Source: Cladosporium halotolerans (taxonomy: Eukaryota). Taken from it: a stretch of 64,000 nt of DNA. The notes beneath the pieces are model-generated. The model searched no databases. It was not told the DNA's origin and worked only from the letters and a program-made list of their open reading frames with translations. The stretch covers positions 62,001 through 126,000 of the forward strand of contig NW_027191491.1 in the NCBI RefSeq assembly GCF_011745625.1, written 5' to 3'. Made by a program: the position numbers and the translations under genes. Positions 23,157-36,097 of the stretch are shown in pieces. Position 1 is the first letter of the stretch. Each line of letters opens with the position of its first letter.

Positions 23157-25229
23157 TCACTCATCCCTAAATTTCCACCTCCCCATCCCATCCCCCCTCA
23201 TAGCCTCCCTCCACATGCCCTCGACGCGCCTCCTCTCCATCTCCTCCGCGCGCGCCCGATCCTCCCTCTCCTCCTGCGTGCTCGGCATGTCCGTCCTCCA
23301 AAACCCCGGCGGCGTCTTCGCGCGCTCAAACCTCTTCCTGTGCCTCCCGTGCGCATTCGCGAACTCCTGCGCGCGCGCCTGGATCAGCACCTCGCCGTGC
23401 TCGGCGGGCGGGTAGGCCGTGAGGATGGCCTCGTAGCCGGGGCCGAGCATGGCCTCCAGGACCTGGGCGTCGGTTTTGGAGGAAGGGGGCAGCGTGCCGC
23501 TGCGGGCTGCTTCGAGGAACTGCCCGCAGCAGGAGGGATCGATGCAGCCCGGGAGGCAGCGGCGGGCGGCCTTGGAGTGCCGGTTGAGGGGGTCGGCGTA
23601 GGCGTATGTGCTGCCTGTTGCGGCGGGGTTGAGGCGGAAGTCTTGCGGGGTGAGGTGGTGTAGGGGCTTGATGCGGAGGGGGGCGGTGGAGGGGTCGACG
23701 GGGGGCGGGGAGGGGATGAGGTTTGGTTGGTTGTTGGGGGTCAGGGTGGGCTTTTGAGGGGGTTTGCGTTTTGTGCTGCTGGGCGGTTGGCGTGGTTTGA
23801 GGGGTTGGCGGCCAGAGGCTGGGTTCTCTAGCATTGCGTCTAGGCGGTGGCTGACCGGTGTTTTGGTTGGCTTGTCGCCTGCTTTTGGCGTGATTTGGCT
23901 GGTTGTTTCGTCGCCGTCTTCGGCGATGATGCCGACCTTATCGGTATCATCGTTGGGGGCGTGCTGACGCTTTGTGGCAGCCTTTGCTGAAGGCACGTTG
24001 GGGCTGAGTTGCTGCAATGCTCCGCGTTGCCGTGCTTGCGATCGCGTCTTCGGTGTATTCTTTTGTTTGATTATCGTGTTCTCATTATGTTTCGTAGCAT
24101 CCTCTGTCGACCGGGATGTCGTAGATGGGTTGGCGGGTTCCGCAACGTCGTTCTCTGAAAGGGAAGACGAGTTGCGGGCCAGTGGCATCGGTTGGCGAAA
24201 GGAAGACCTTGTTCGATCTTCTGACAGCGCCCTTGGCTCATTTAGAAGCCTTCGCTTTCGCGGTGTGTGAAAGCTCCCTTGTAAGGCGTCCAAATCTGAA
24301 GTTTCTGTGCGTACTACAGGGCGAGTACTGCTCGCCGGAGCACTGTAGTCGTCAGATCCCAGCTCCACCGGCTGCTCCGCTGATCCAGGGCGCTCTGGAG
24401 ATTCAGGCTCTTGTTTGATGCGTCTTGCTGGTACTGCCGATGGAGACTCGCCCCTTCGACGCTTCAAGTTGGTCTCACGTACAATTACGGGTTCTTCGTC
24501 GCTGCACGGCTCGCTCTTGATGTGTTGCGTTGGGGCTTGTTGCTGGTCATCTTCTGTCGTTTGGCTGGATATTATGCGGTCCGGTTGCGGGCCTGAGCTT
24601 GATGAGTTTCTGCCTTGATCCGACGTGCGATTTTGGCTTGAGTCAACTGCGTGGCGGTTTCGCTCGTTTTGGGCGTCACGGACCTGATCGGTCGTCTTGA
24701 CTTCCGCAAGGGGCGTCCGATGAAGTGGCGTCGGTGTGACATCCATATCGCTGGCATCGCGTGACGGTGAAGGATCTGCGGGCAATCTTGATGTATTGAG
24801 CCCCTGTGGCTTTTTGCTCGTATTTCTCTGGACTCCGAGGTGCCTGTCTGCATATTCCTTCCACTTAATGGCATTTTCTTTCGCGGCCTTGTACTTTTGA
24901 TTTGCTTTCTGTACGTAAGTATCGTGGCGAATGAGCTTTGCTACAAGCTCTTCATGACTCCTCTCCAGGCGTTCGTACTTCTGCTTCATGGTGGCGAGTT
25001 GAGCCTCAGACTCCTCAATCTTTGCCTGCTGCTCATCGTGTTGCTGACAGTTCGTAAGAGCTTCCTCAAGCTGGGCCTGCAGCGTTGCATTCTCGGTTTC
25101 AAGTTCCTCAATGCGAGCAGCATTCCTCCTCTCAATGACGCGTCTCACTGCATCGTCTGACGGGCGAGCAGGGGTCGGGGTCGTGGCCGGCGTGTTGTGG
25201 GCGCTCCGCCTATCCCTCGCAGCCGACAT
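23157..25229 (-). CDS. SAE2: DNA end-resection factor Sae2/Ctp1/CtIP
   Basis: N-terminal coiled coil; C-terminal CIDPSCC and HGRHR...TPPGFWRTDMPSTQE signature. First ATG at 25229. Confidence 0.88.
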   Translation of the reverse strand: MSAARDRRSAHNTPATTPTPARPSDDAVRRVIERRNAARIEELETENATLQAQLEEALTNCQQHDEQQAKIEESEAQLATMKQKYERLERSHEELVAKLIRHDTYVQKANQKYKAAKENAIKWKEYADRHLGVQRNTSKKPQGLNTSRLPADPSPSRDASDMDVTPTPLHRTPLAEVKTTDQVRDAQNERNRHAVDSSQNRTSDQGRNSSSSGPQPDRIISSQTTEDDQQQAPTQHIKSEPCSDEEPVIVRETNLKRRRGESPSAVPARRIKQEPESPERPGSAEQPVELGSDDYSAPASSTRPVVRTETSDLDALQGSFHTPRKRRLLNEPRALSEDRTRSSFRQPMPLARNSSSLSENDVAEPANPSTTSRSTEDATKHNENTIIKQKNTPKTRSQARQRGALQQLSPNVPSAKAATKRQHAPNDDTDKVGIIAEDGDETTSQITPKAGDKPTKTPVSHRLDAMLENPASGRQPLKPRQPPSSTKRKPPQKPTLTPNNQPNLIPSPPPVDPSTAPLRIKPLHHLTPQDFRLNPAATGSTYAYADPLNRHSKAARRCLPGCIDPSCCGQFLEAARSGTLPPSSKTDAQVLEAMLGPGYEAILTAYPPAEHGEVLIQARAQEFANAHGRHRKRFERAKTPPGFWRTDMPSTQEEREDRARAEEMERRRVEGMWREAMRGDGMGRWKFRDE

Positions 25230-25539
25230 TGCGATGATCTCTATCCCAATGCCAGGACCGTCCGGCAAGGGGGGTACACCAAACGGGTGAGTGCTCTAGC
25301 GGCCGTCGACACGCGACGTTGGATGATGTTCGGAGACGCGCAGCTGAAGCTTCCAGGCGTCGGCACATCAGCGTCGATCTGCCGAGGAGCCCGTCCCTGG
25401 GGCTCGCTAGCTCCCACCCAACCCCGACTCGCCTGACTCGCTCGCGAACAAAGGCCGCCACATCAAGGTTGCGCACCATGTTGGCCTCTGTGCTTTCTTT
25501 CATTCAAAGGACCGCCCTTCCGCGTGCTTTTTCACAGCC

Positions 25540-27256
25540 ATGGTGAAGAGAGGCGCTGAGGAGGCTGGACTGGATGCCGACCACGAGGCCAAGCGCGTCC
25601 GCCCCTCGTCCAGAGACCATCTCTCTCGCCTTAGCGATGAGTTGGTCCTGCGGGTGCTGTCCTACCTCCCGGTTTCCCAGCTAGTCTTGTGCCAGAGGTA
25701 AGTCACTGCCTATTCGCTCCACAGCACGACGCTAAGGCAGCAGACTCTCGCGCAAGTACCGAGTACTCGCAGGCGACGGCCAACTCTGGAAGCAACACTA
25801 CTACGACCGCTTCGTCAGACCGCGGGCAAGCCGCTTGCCCGGCCTCAAGGATGTTGGCTCTTCACAGAAAAGCCTTCACTTCGCGTCGAAGGCATCGAAG
25901 TGGCTGGATGAAGAGCACTTGATCAAAAGAGGGGGTCGGACAAATTGGAAACGACAGTACAAACTGCGACACAACTGGACCAGTGGGAGCTGCGCCGTCA
26001 ACGAGATACAGGTCGCTGAACAGGCACCAGTGCCTCCGGTCATCGTTCAGATGCACGATGGGGTCATATACATGGCCGACCAAGCAGACGGCCTGCGCGC
26101 ATGGTCTGCCAAGAGTGATCGCAAGATGCTGGCGCAGAAAGGCTTCGCTCATGACGGTTCGCCCCCGACTTCGCTTGCTGTCGACTCAATTTCATCGGAT
26201 GAGAAAATTTCACGTGTCGTGGTCGGCTTTGAGAACGGCTCGTTTGGCATTTACTCTCTGGATCACGCCCACAGCGCATTTTCACATTGCTACAGCCACG
26301 AACCTTCCAGCAACGGAGTGGTTTCTTCAGTGGCTGTCGCATGGCCATACGTGGTCACTATGACTGCTACCCAGTTACTCTCACTTTACAAGTGCAACTC
26401 AGCGGCGAGCAGTGCACCCAGCCCCCCAAGGCTCTTGCACTCACTCAAATCACACACTGTCTGGCCTCCACTAACGACATCACTTCGGCTCACTGGTAAC
26501 TCAGTGGTGGTTTCTGTCGCCTACGCTATTCCTACGTATCTGTCTGGATGGACAGTAGGCGTCCAAGAAGTCAAGCTCTCACGGACTGGAGACCTGATAG
26601 ACTCTCGGATCTCTTCAGCAATCGACCAACACTATCGCCCCCTCGCCTTCGCCTCGCAGCCCATGACGACTCACCTTACCCCTGCTTCCGGCGGACTTGC
26701 TACGTCTACAACACTTGAACTACGGCACATACACACGAAGCCGACATCATTGTCGTATCCACATCCTTACTTGCTTGTCTCCCATCCCGACAACACGCTT
26801 ACACTATACCTGGTATCTTCGACAACAGATTCGTTATCAATCAGCGCAGGAAGTCGGCTTTGGGGCCACACATCTTCAGTTTCTGGCGCGCACGTTGGTG
26901 GACGAGGAAAAGCAGTGTCGGTCAGTAAGCGAGGCGATGAGCTGCGTGTTTGGGAGCTCGAAGGAGGGTTCAGCTCCCTGGCAGCGCGGAAGAGACTGGC
27001 TGTGGGAGACCTCAGCGTCCGTCTCCAGCCGGAAACAAAGCCTGGCAGTGAATTGGACACAGCACAGGCCGGGCTAGATTTGGTGAATCGTGGCTCGGAC
27101 AACACGACTCTGTCCGGCCTAGCAAGAGTAGACGACGCCGACTCCGACGAACTAACGCTAACCAGGGGATGGATTGGATTTGACGAGGAAAATGTGGTGG
27201 TGCTCAAAGAGCAGAGCCAGGGGAGGCAGGCTCTAGTTGTATATGACTTTACATGA
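25540..27256 (+). CDS. F-box protein with WD40-like C-terminal region (intron 25698-25743; NAGNAG acceptor)
   Basis: LSRLSDELVLRVLSYLPVSQLVLCQRLSRKYRVLAGDGQLWK F-box; NWKRQY, LWGHTSSVS and LRVWEL WD-like motifs. Confidence 0.87.
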
Positions 27257-27986
27257 TGATGAATGAACGAACGATGAAATGCCCATACTCGCAAGTCGCT
27301 AGTCGGCCTGTGAGTCTGGGTTAGAGATGACACCTATGAGACTTCCTGGATGCTCAGCGAGTTCTTTCTGCTCCACCCTGGACCCAGATTCTGCCCTTGG
27401 ACACGACACATGCGCGCTCTGGTCTATCTGCGCACTCTCGGCCACAAGCTATCGACAGGCATTGCTTATCTCAGCACTCCAACGTCCAGCACGTGTCTGG
27501 GCAATTTCGCAACTCCACCGGCCGCGGAAGGACGGAACGGGCCGACAAACTAGCGCCAACGCCCCGGCTGCGGCTCAGCCAGAGTCGCCTGGATGGGCCT
27601 GAGGTCAGCGGTGGCCGCGTGGGTGAAGCGCATCGAGTGTATCTTGTATGCGCTGCGCACCAGCAACAACAATACCGACTGCGTATCGCCTGTTGGATTG
27701 CACGAGACCCTAGCCCCAAGACCGGGCAACATCCTTGTGCGCCTTGTTCCCGCCTGGCCGCGCCGCAACACCTTCTCCACGCCGTCTGCACAACTTTGAT
27801 CTTCAAGCGAGCCGCACGCTCGACGTCCCGCTGTGGGGTGCGAATTTCCAGCCAACCCGCTCCCGGTCTTTTGCTCTGCTGGACGCTTCGCTTCGCCAGA
27901 ACCTGCAACAACACCTTCTTCGAACTCTATCCCGACCACTCTTCTCATCACCACATCTTCTCACACTCACCTCATCAACCATCACA

Positions 27987-28827
27987 ATGGAGTACAACAC
28001 CGGAGCTCCCACTGGCGGTCGCGCCTGCTACAACTGTGAGTTGCACCCGCACGTTCGCTGCGTCCGTTCGCTGCCTCTGTGCGGCTTCTCTGCCTCTGGC
28101 ACGGCGCAGACTCTTGTGTCGCTCGCTGCGCTTCGTCGTTCCAGAGGCAGTGGCAGCCGCCATCGCACGCAATCGACGAGCGATCCCCGTCGCACTGACC
28201 GACGAACCTGACTGACACGTTTCACTCACAGGCGGCGACCCCTCCCACCAGGCCCGCGAGTGCCCGAGCAAGGGCACCCCCACCTGCTACAACTGCGGCA
28301 ACCAGGGCCACCTTTCCCGCGAGTGCACCGAGCCCGCCAAGGAGAAGACCTGCTACCAGTGCGGCGAGGCCGGCCACCTTTCTCGCGAGTGCCCGACCGC
28401 TCCGGCCGGTGCCCGTGGCTTCGGCGGCGCTGCCGGCGGCCAGGAGTGCTACAAGTGCGGCAAGGTCGGCCACATTGCCCGCAACTGCCGTGAGGGCGGT
28501 GCTGGTTTCGGCGGCGGATACGGCCAGGGTGGCTACGGCCGCGGTGGCTTCGGCGGCGGATTCGGCGGCCAGGGCGGCCAGACCTGCTACTCTTGCGGCG
28601 GCTTCGGCCACATGAGCCGTGACTGCACCCAGGGCCAGAAGTGCTACAACTGTACGTTGCGCGAACACCTGCCGATCCTCAAATGACGATGAACTCGAGC
28701 TAACATCTTCCTCGCAGGCGGTGAGACCGGTCACCTCTCTCGTGACTGCCCGTCCGAGATCACCCAGGAGCGCGTCTGCTACCGCTGCAAGCAGCCCGGC
28801 CACGTCCAGGCCGCCTGCCCGCAGTAA
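27987..28827 (+). CDS. GIS2: CCHC zinc-knuckle nucleic acid-binding protein, CNBP/Byr3/Gis2 (introns 28036-28231, 28652-28717)
   Basis: Seven CX2CX4HX4C knuckles with a Gly/RGG-rich linker; very strong codon bias. Confidence 0.93.
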
Positions 28828-30081
28828 GCGACCCCATGTGATTACGACCTGACACGACCGGACATGAGTCCACCTTTCCACCCCTTTGCAAGGAACGAAC
28901 GACAAAAAAGCACGACCGAACTGGATACGACGACCACTGACCCACGCGGGCGCGCGAACCACCGCGGGCCAACGCAAGAAGTTGAATGCAGGGACGTGAA
29001 GGGCTAGCAGATGTAGAGAGGGGAAGGAGAGGATTTGAATGGTTGGATGGGTACGGGTTGTTTTCCTCACGCGCGCATGGCTTCGCGCTGCGCTGCTACT
29101 TTTAACCGAAAAGGGAATCACTGTTGCATGCTTTGGTCATGGTCGTCCTGCGACGTCGGCTTTTTCTTTCTTCTTTCCCAAGGCTCAGAGATCATTCAGC
29201 CTGAGTGGCTGCAAACCAAATTCTATGGCTTTCAAAACACTATCACTGCTCGCGTCACATGACTTCATTCGTCCACTTCCTGCATACGTACACATGTCTT
29301 GCTTTTTGCCTGGATACAGGACACTGTCTTCTTGGCAGGCATAGCCGAGGCAATATTTGATAATGGCAGGTGATGTGCATATGTACCTTACGCGCTGGGC
29401 GCCACTGCTGTCATACGTCGGCGTGCGTTCGTGCGTGTGGACGGCCGCAGCGCCGTGGCCGGACGAGCCCGTCTTGTGCAGATCGCCTGCAGCCTGGCGC
29501 GGCTGTTGCTCCAGCTTGGGTGATACAGGTCGAGACACCTCTTGTGCTATCACTACTGATACAGTCCCCCACGCAGTTTAGGTTAGAGTTATGGTGGTGG
29601 CACTTGTACTGCTCTTGAGCTTGATGCTCGTGCTTGATTTGCGATGCGATCGAGCCCTGGAGGGACAGGATCGTCGGCTCTTGCCCCGCAGCTGGTGAGC
29701 GCATTGGAATGGGGCCAGAGACATGCGCGTGCGCAATCGCCGCGCCTTACGATGCTCGGCTATCTCGGCCTTGAAGAGGGCAATCGTTAATGGCAGGCGT
29801 CACTGTTTGCTTGAGTGCTGGCGGCAGTTGGCTTAGCCGGACGATCCAAGGTCGCTAAGGTACGCCGGGCGGAGGGTGGTTCCGGTGGCTTGATCTACTT
29901 CACTTTGGCGGTGGAGGGGTGGTTGCTTCTTATATTTCGGGGAGTGGGCTCTGGTTTTCGGTGGGGAGCTGGGTTCTTCTGTCGATTCTTGAAGGCTACC
30001 TCAGGGATTGGTACTCATTTGGACCGCACACGGAGATAAGGATTGGACAGTCGGAGATCGACTGCCTACAGCTTTAGCGAG

Positions 30082-31820
30082 ATGCGATCGATACTCGGTA
30101 CCGCGGCCCTGCTTGCGGCGGTCTGTAGCAAGGCTGCCTTCGCTCAAGACAATGCGACTGAGCCAACGTCGATATTCAAGACGGTGAGTCGAAGCGTAGC
30201 AGTAACCTAGAGGAAACAAGCATCTAACGTAATCCCCAGCGTCCTCACTCTCGAGCACCAGCTCTCAACGTGACAATCCAAGATGGCTTCTCTAATGGCT
30301 ACATCTTCATGTCACCATACCAGGCCTCTGCATCTGGACCGTACATCTACGACAAGTTCGGCAACCTGGTCTGGGACGGCTATGGTGCTATTGGTGCGGC
30401 AAACACCCACAACTTCCATGTCTGCCAATACCAAGGCAGCGATCACTTGTGTATGATGGTCGGCAACCAGCAGGAAGGCTACGCCTACGGTATGGGCATC
30501 ATTGTCGACAGCGACTACCGCATCGTCGCGTCCGTGCAGTCTGGTGACAATCTCACACCTCTCGACATGCATGAATTCTGGCTGGCGGAGGGCGGCGAGA
30601 CGGCTCTCATCACCGCGTACAATATCATCCCGGTCGACCTGTCGTATCCGCCTTACGATGTCATGAGTCAGCAAGCTTATTTGACAGAGGGCGTTTTTCA
30701 GGAGATCAACATCACGACTGGACAGGTCCTCTTCGAGTGGTTCTCGACGAATCACGTTGATATTCGTGACACGAGGATCTTGCCGCATACGACTGATGTT
30801 GGTGGCGATGGCTACACGCCGAATACGCCCTTTGATTACTTGTGAGTCTTCAATGGCAATGGAATGGATCGTCTCTTTGGACCACAACTGACAGTCCATA
30901 GCCATATCAACTCAGTGGAGAAGTCTACCAACACAGGCGACTACTTGATCTCAGCCCGCCACACCAGCACCATCTACTCCATCAACGCCACCGACCGCAG
31001 CATCATCTGGCGACTAAGCTGCACCGGCACCGACGCACCCCAACCCAGCGACTTCGAATGCCAAAACTTCAACTTCTCCATGCAGCACGACGCGCGCTTC
31101 CGCAGCGAAAACGACACCCACACCGTCCTATCCATCTTCGACAACGCCTCCAACGGCCTTAACAAAACCGCCCTCCAATCCAGCGGCATGCTCATCAGCC
31201 TCGACCACGCCGCCGGCACCGCCTCGCTCCTCTCACAAACCTTCGCCCCACCCCCAGACGGCATCCTCTCCGACTCCCAGGCCAATTCCCAGCACCTGCC
31301 CAACGGCAACATCTTCCACGGCTGGGGCAGCATCGGCGCCGTATCCGAGCACGCGCCCGACGACTCCGGCGCCTACCAGCCCGTCCTCTTCGCCACCTTC
31401 GCCGACCTCTCCATGCCGGGCTCCGTCATGAACTACCGCGCCTTCTCCGCCGAATGGCAGTCGACGCCCTCGCACACCAAGCCCGCCGTCTACAGCTTCG
31501 CGCTCAACGATACCTCGCCGAACTCGATCTACGTCTCCTGGAACGGCGCGACGACAGTTGCGCGCTGGAATTTCTACGGCGCGGACGCGATTGGGGATCC
31601 GTTTGAGGCGATTGGCGGCAAAGGGAGGGAGGGCTTCGAGACGGTTTTCGAGGCGGAGAGGTTCTGGAGGTGGGTGATGGTCGAGGCCGTCGGGCCGGAT
31701 GGGGCGAGTTTGAGGAACTCGAGTTTCCAGCCGGTGTTTGTGCCGAGTGAGGGGTTGGTGGGGGCGTGTGATTTGAGTGGGTGTCTGGTTTCTATGCAGG
31801 CTTATGAGGAGGATGGGTGA
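30082..31820 (+). CDS. Secreted arylsulfotransferase (ASST)-domain protein (introns 30184-30239, 30842-30901)
   Basis: Signal peptide MRSILGTAALLAAV; GPYIYDKFGNLVW, DMHEF, DYFHINSV, YLISARHT, QHDAR, SIFDN, YVSWNGAT motifs. Confidence 0.88.
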
Positions 31821-32380
31821 GGAGTGATGGGTGGGGTTGAGACAAGGTGTTTTTGAGGGTTAAGAAGAGAGGCGTGGAACGTTGAAGGAAGTAATGGTGG
31901 TGTTACGATGTAATGAGTACATGTGCAGAGTGTAGCTGAAGAGGTAATGAACGATGTCTTGCTTGCAGTCGCCCTAGAATGGGCTGATAACGTCTTCACT
32001 TCGCCACTACTCGAGGAATTGCTGGGCTCTCTGTTGCGGCCGCCAAGCTCGTCTTTCTGCATTGCAACACCATGTGGGCTTGTTGGAACGATTGCATGCG
32101 GGCAGTCGACAATTCACTTGAAGCGCTGCGCAGATGAGATGTCATGTGATTATGCACGTGATGCCCTTTCGCCCTGGACGTCGCCTATCCTGAGGCTTAC
32201 ATCCCAAACCTTTCCCAATACTTTCCTACTTCTCGCAAGCTACCTTAATCCTACTCACACAATGACACCACCGCCCTGTTCCGCATCTTAAGCCCGACCA
32301 TCCAACACACGCACCATACTTGCAATATCCTTTGCCTTCGCACTGCAAGCCACTGCGACTTCGCTTTTGCGCCTGGAGCC

Positions 32381-35300
32381 ATGACGCAAGAACCATCGTC
32401 CTCAGAACTCTCCGATGTCTCGAGTGGTTCCAGCCCTCTCGGCCCATCCATCTTTGACTCTAAGACAAACCCAACAATCGAGCAACTTCGCAAAAGACGG
32501 CGAGAGAACAGTTCCCCCAGGCCATCCGACAGCAAAAAGCATATCAAAGTGAGCAGCGACAGGCCGGAGGATGAAACGACCGAGCGATTGAACGCTTCAT
32601 CTCACCGTGAGAAACCGCCAACTTTCGCTCCTATAAAGCGGGCTCCAAGTTCAGACATCGAAGAGTGGGATGCTACTGGCACCGAGGACCCTTATAGCGC
32701 GGACTTCGAGGGCCAGTACGACCAATCGCAACTGGGCTCCCTCTACTTGAATGAAGTCATCGATTCGACGCAAACGAGGTCTGGGAGCGACTGGGAGCAC
32801 GAGAACAGGGCCGATTTCGAAACAAATTCCTCCCCACTCGCTGTCGACCAGCCCTGCTTCAAAGAAGCAGAGGGTCTGTTCGCGTCTACCAGCAGGAACA
32901 TCACGCGGGAGATCCAGGTTCACAAGGAAGAAGAAGGCGACACGGAGCCCGAGATCGACAGCCTCAACAGGAGACTCGAGACCATCAGCTCTCCTGTTGC
33001 AGGAGAGCAGTTGGTTCGAAACGCTGGCTGCTCGGGTCAGACTGGTGCCGGGAAATCGAAGTTGCAGGGCTGTCTACTCGACCACCCTGACGCCTCGAAG
33101 ACCAGCAGCACTGGCGAGAGTGGCACTGACGTGCCCTGGGAGTATGCGATGAGGAACCCGGGGATGCTCACGAAGTGTCATGCAGAGATCATCTTCAAGA
33201 CGCAGGAACTCATTGAGCAAATCGTCACGGAGGCGTGCGCGGAGTGCTACAGGTTTCGGAGACTCAATCGGCTCGAAGTGGGAGACAAGGTTTACGAGGA
33301 GGCTTTGAAATGCCGCGAGCAAGAATTCAATCTCCTGTTCGCTTTGACGGTGGGTCCCCGCTCAGACGCTGGCGGTGAATCGATGGAAAATCTGGAAGCT
33401 CTCTTGAATGGAATGCGAAGTGAGAGGGACGCGAAAGTCATCGGACTTATCCTCGCAGAAATCAGTGCCTACCTCGATTCCCTTGGCCGTGTCGACGGCA
33501 AGGCGATCCTCAACGATGATGACGTGAAGACACTCAGAGACAAATGCCTCAAGTACGCAGGCCCAAACAGAGACCCCAAGACCAACGCCTTGGCTCGGTC
33601 CCCGTGGCGATTGGTCAAGTGCATCAAATTTTACCTCGACGCGCCCATCCTCGAGGATGGGCTCATCCTCTCCGACTTGCCTGGGACCGGCGACGCGGAT
33701 CGAACGCGAATGGAGACCGCGCAGGAGCAGGCGGCGTCGTGCCAGATTCTGATGATCTGTGGCGCGACGGACCGTTTCACAAACCAAGACATTATCGACA
33801 AGGAAATCCGCACTCTGATTCGCACGGGCAGGCTCGCGCACTGTATTCTGGTTGCGACGAAGATCGATCTCATCGATCACGACCAGGCCCAAAACTTCTC
33901 CCCGCACGAGAACGAGCAGATTGCGTGTCTGCGCCAACGCGAAGAGACCGTCAGAAGTGAGCTTGAGAAGCTCGAGGAGAGCGCTGGCGAGGCAAAGGAA
34001 GCTATGGGAGAAGATGGTATTGAAGCCGAAGAAAAAGCCCGACGCCGAGAGTCATGTTTCGACATCTCCATCCAGTGCAGCACGAAGAAGACCGAAGTCG
34101 ACATTGCAACGGCCGAGGTCCATTCGGCGAATATCCGAGCCCGCAACAATCACATCCGAGGCATCATGCGCGAGCGAATCACAAGGATCATAGAGAAAAT
34201 GAACGGCGGGCATTTGCCGCGCATGTTCTTCCTGTCCAGCAACACACACCTCCTCCACAAGGCCGCGAAGGGCGAGAAGAAGAAAAAGCTCGATCTGAGT
34301 CTCTGGCAGACCGGAGTTGGGCCCCTGCGCCAGTATCTCAGAGAAGCTCCCGCCGTGGCGAAGAAGGAGAATCTGCAGTGGGCGTTCGCTGAGCTGCGCA
34401 AATTGCTGATCGCTTTTGATTTGCATTGTTCTAAGACTCGCTTGGAGTTGAAGAATGACGTGCTGTCGCTTTTGAAAGGGCCAGCGACCAAGGTACGCTT
34501 GGACATCAGCAGGACCATCGGCGAGCTCAAAAGCACGTTCGAAGATATAGTCGTTGCGATTGTCGAGCAGCGTGAGTCCAATTGGATCGCGAACGCGAAA
34601 GCTCTTCACGGACACTGGAACGATATTCATCATGCTAGCTTCAGTCGCATCTGCGCTAAAGGAGGGAGACATGTGACCGGTGAGGGCATATCGTACGATT
34701 TAGGGGAGGATATCTGCGAGAACATGGACTGGGAGCTCGTGGCGGTTTTCGAAGCGTTGAAATCGGAGATCAACAAAGCAGGGAAGAAATTGCGGAAGGG
34801 GGTGCGCGAGGCTCTGACGGGAATGGAGAAATTGTTGAAGGGCATGTCGTTCCCTTTCATGAAGCAAGAGGACGACGCGCTGACATGATCCTGCAGCATC
34901 CCCAATTATCCAAGCCATGGCGACTTGGGACCAGGACATGAAGCCCATCTACGACTCGATCGATCTGAAAAAGAGTACCGTTGATCGTGAGGTGAGAGAT
35001 ATCTTGCGATCGCTTGTCCATAATGTTCAACAGTGAGTTCAGATTTCTTGGTTCGAGATATTCATCCCGCTGACCATCGACAGGAAAATGCGACCTGCCG
35101 CTACGGAAGCGTATGATGCTGAGCAATCACACATCATCATGGGGATGATGAAGACCTACGATGAGTGCCGTGCCATCAGAGGTAAAATCACCTTTACAGT
35201 GTTCGCAAGGTTCGCAACTAATTCTCAGTAGGCGCCGGGAGCGACAAGGCTCGCAAAGCGTTGGTCAAACAAAAGCTCATCGGCAGCGATAACATCTTCC

Positions 35301-35563
35301 GCTACGTCTTCGACAACATTCGCACTGACTTCAACTGCTGCGTGGACGCCTGGAGTAGAGACGTCGAGATTAAGCTAAATGGTGTCGTTGCGGAAGTCAT
35401 TGAAAATTTCGACACTCACTTCTTCAACGACGACGTAGGAGAGCGCGAGAAGGTCCAGAGCGAGAAGTTTAGGAAGAAGCTACTGAAGGTGGTTAGGGAG
35501 GAGCAGCAGAGGGTACAGGGGCCTCTGAAGAAAGCCATGGATGAGTGCAGAAAATTTACTTGA
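32381..35563 (+). CDS. Dynamin-superfamily / SLIP-GC-like large GTPase (introns 34842-34896 GC-AG, 35033-35083, 35182-35230)
   Basis: G1 GQTGAGKS, G3 LSDLPGTGD, G4 ATKID, then helical/coiled-coil regions. The spliced C-terminus contains MMKTYDECRAIRGAGSDKARK. Confidence 0.78.
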
Positions 35564-35869
35564 GACGTCGGAATCGTGATGTTGCAATGGTTAGTTGAAT
35601 TGACCCCATTGACTGACTCTCGGGCTGGAGTTTTGTGTGGGAACAAGGGCATTGTCAATTATGCACAAAGAAATCGGCATGAATCCACCACCACGAACAT
35701 ACAAATCAAGCTCCCATTCTCTCATGCGCACAAAGTGATTATGACAATACCCGGGGGTGTCGATCCACCTTGACTTGACAGCCTCTGCTTTATAATGCTC
35801 TCTTGCCCACCTATTATCACCTAAACCCAACTCTCAACTACCATTGAAAGAAGATATCACAATTCCAAA

Positions 35870-36097
35870 ATGTGCATCTTCAAGACCATGATCCACCCTG
35901 GCTGCGGCCACCACAGCCGCCTTCAGATAGCCCCTTGTCCGAAGGAGAAGACAACCGGCAAATGCAAAACCGCTACGATGTCAGATGTCGAGGTCGAAGA
36001 GATCGAGCACTGCTATCGGCTTTGTATTTGGTGCGAGGTTGAACTGAGAGAGGCCGTGGATTCTCTGTTCAACAAAACGGGACTGCCGAAGAAGTAG
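35870..36097 (+). CDS. Small Cys/His-rich protein (75 aa), putative zinc-binding
   Basis: MCIFKTMIHPGCGHH...C...C...CIWC pattern seen in small fungal proteins; CAAAATG start context; TATA-like TTATAA near 35790. Confidence 0.65.
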   Translation: MCIFKTMIHPGCGHHSRLQIAPCPKEKTTGKCKTATMSDVEVEEIEHCYRLCIWCEVELREAVDSLFNKTGLPKK

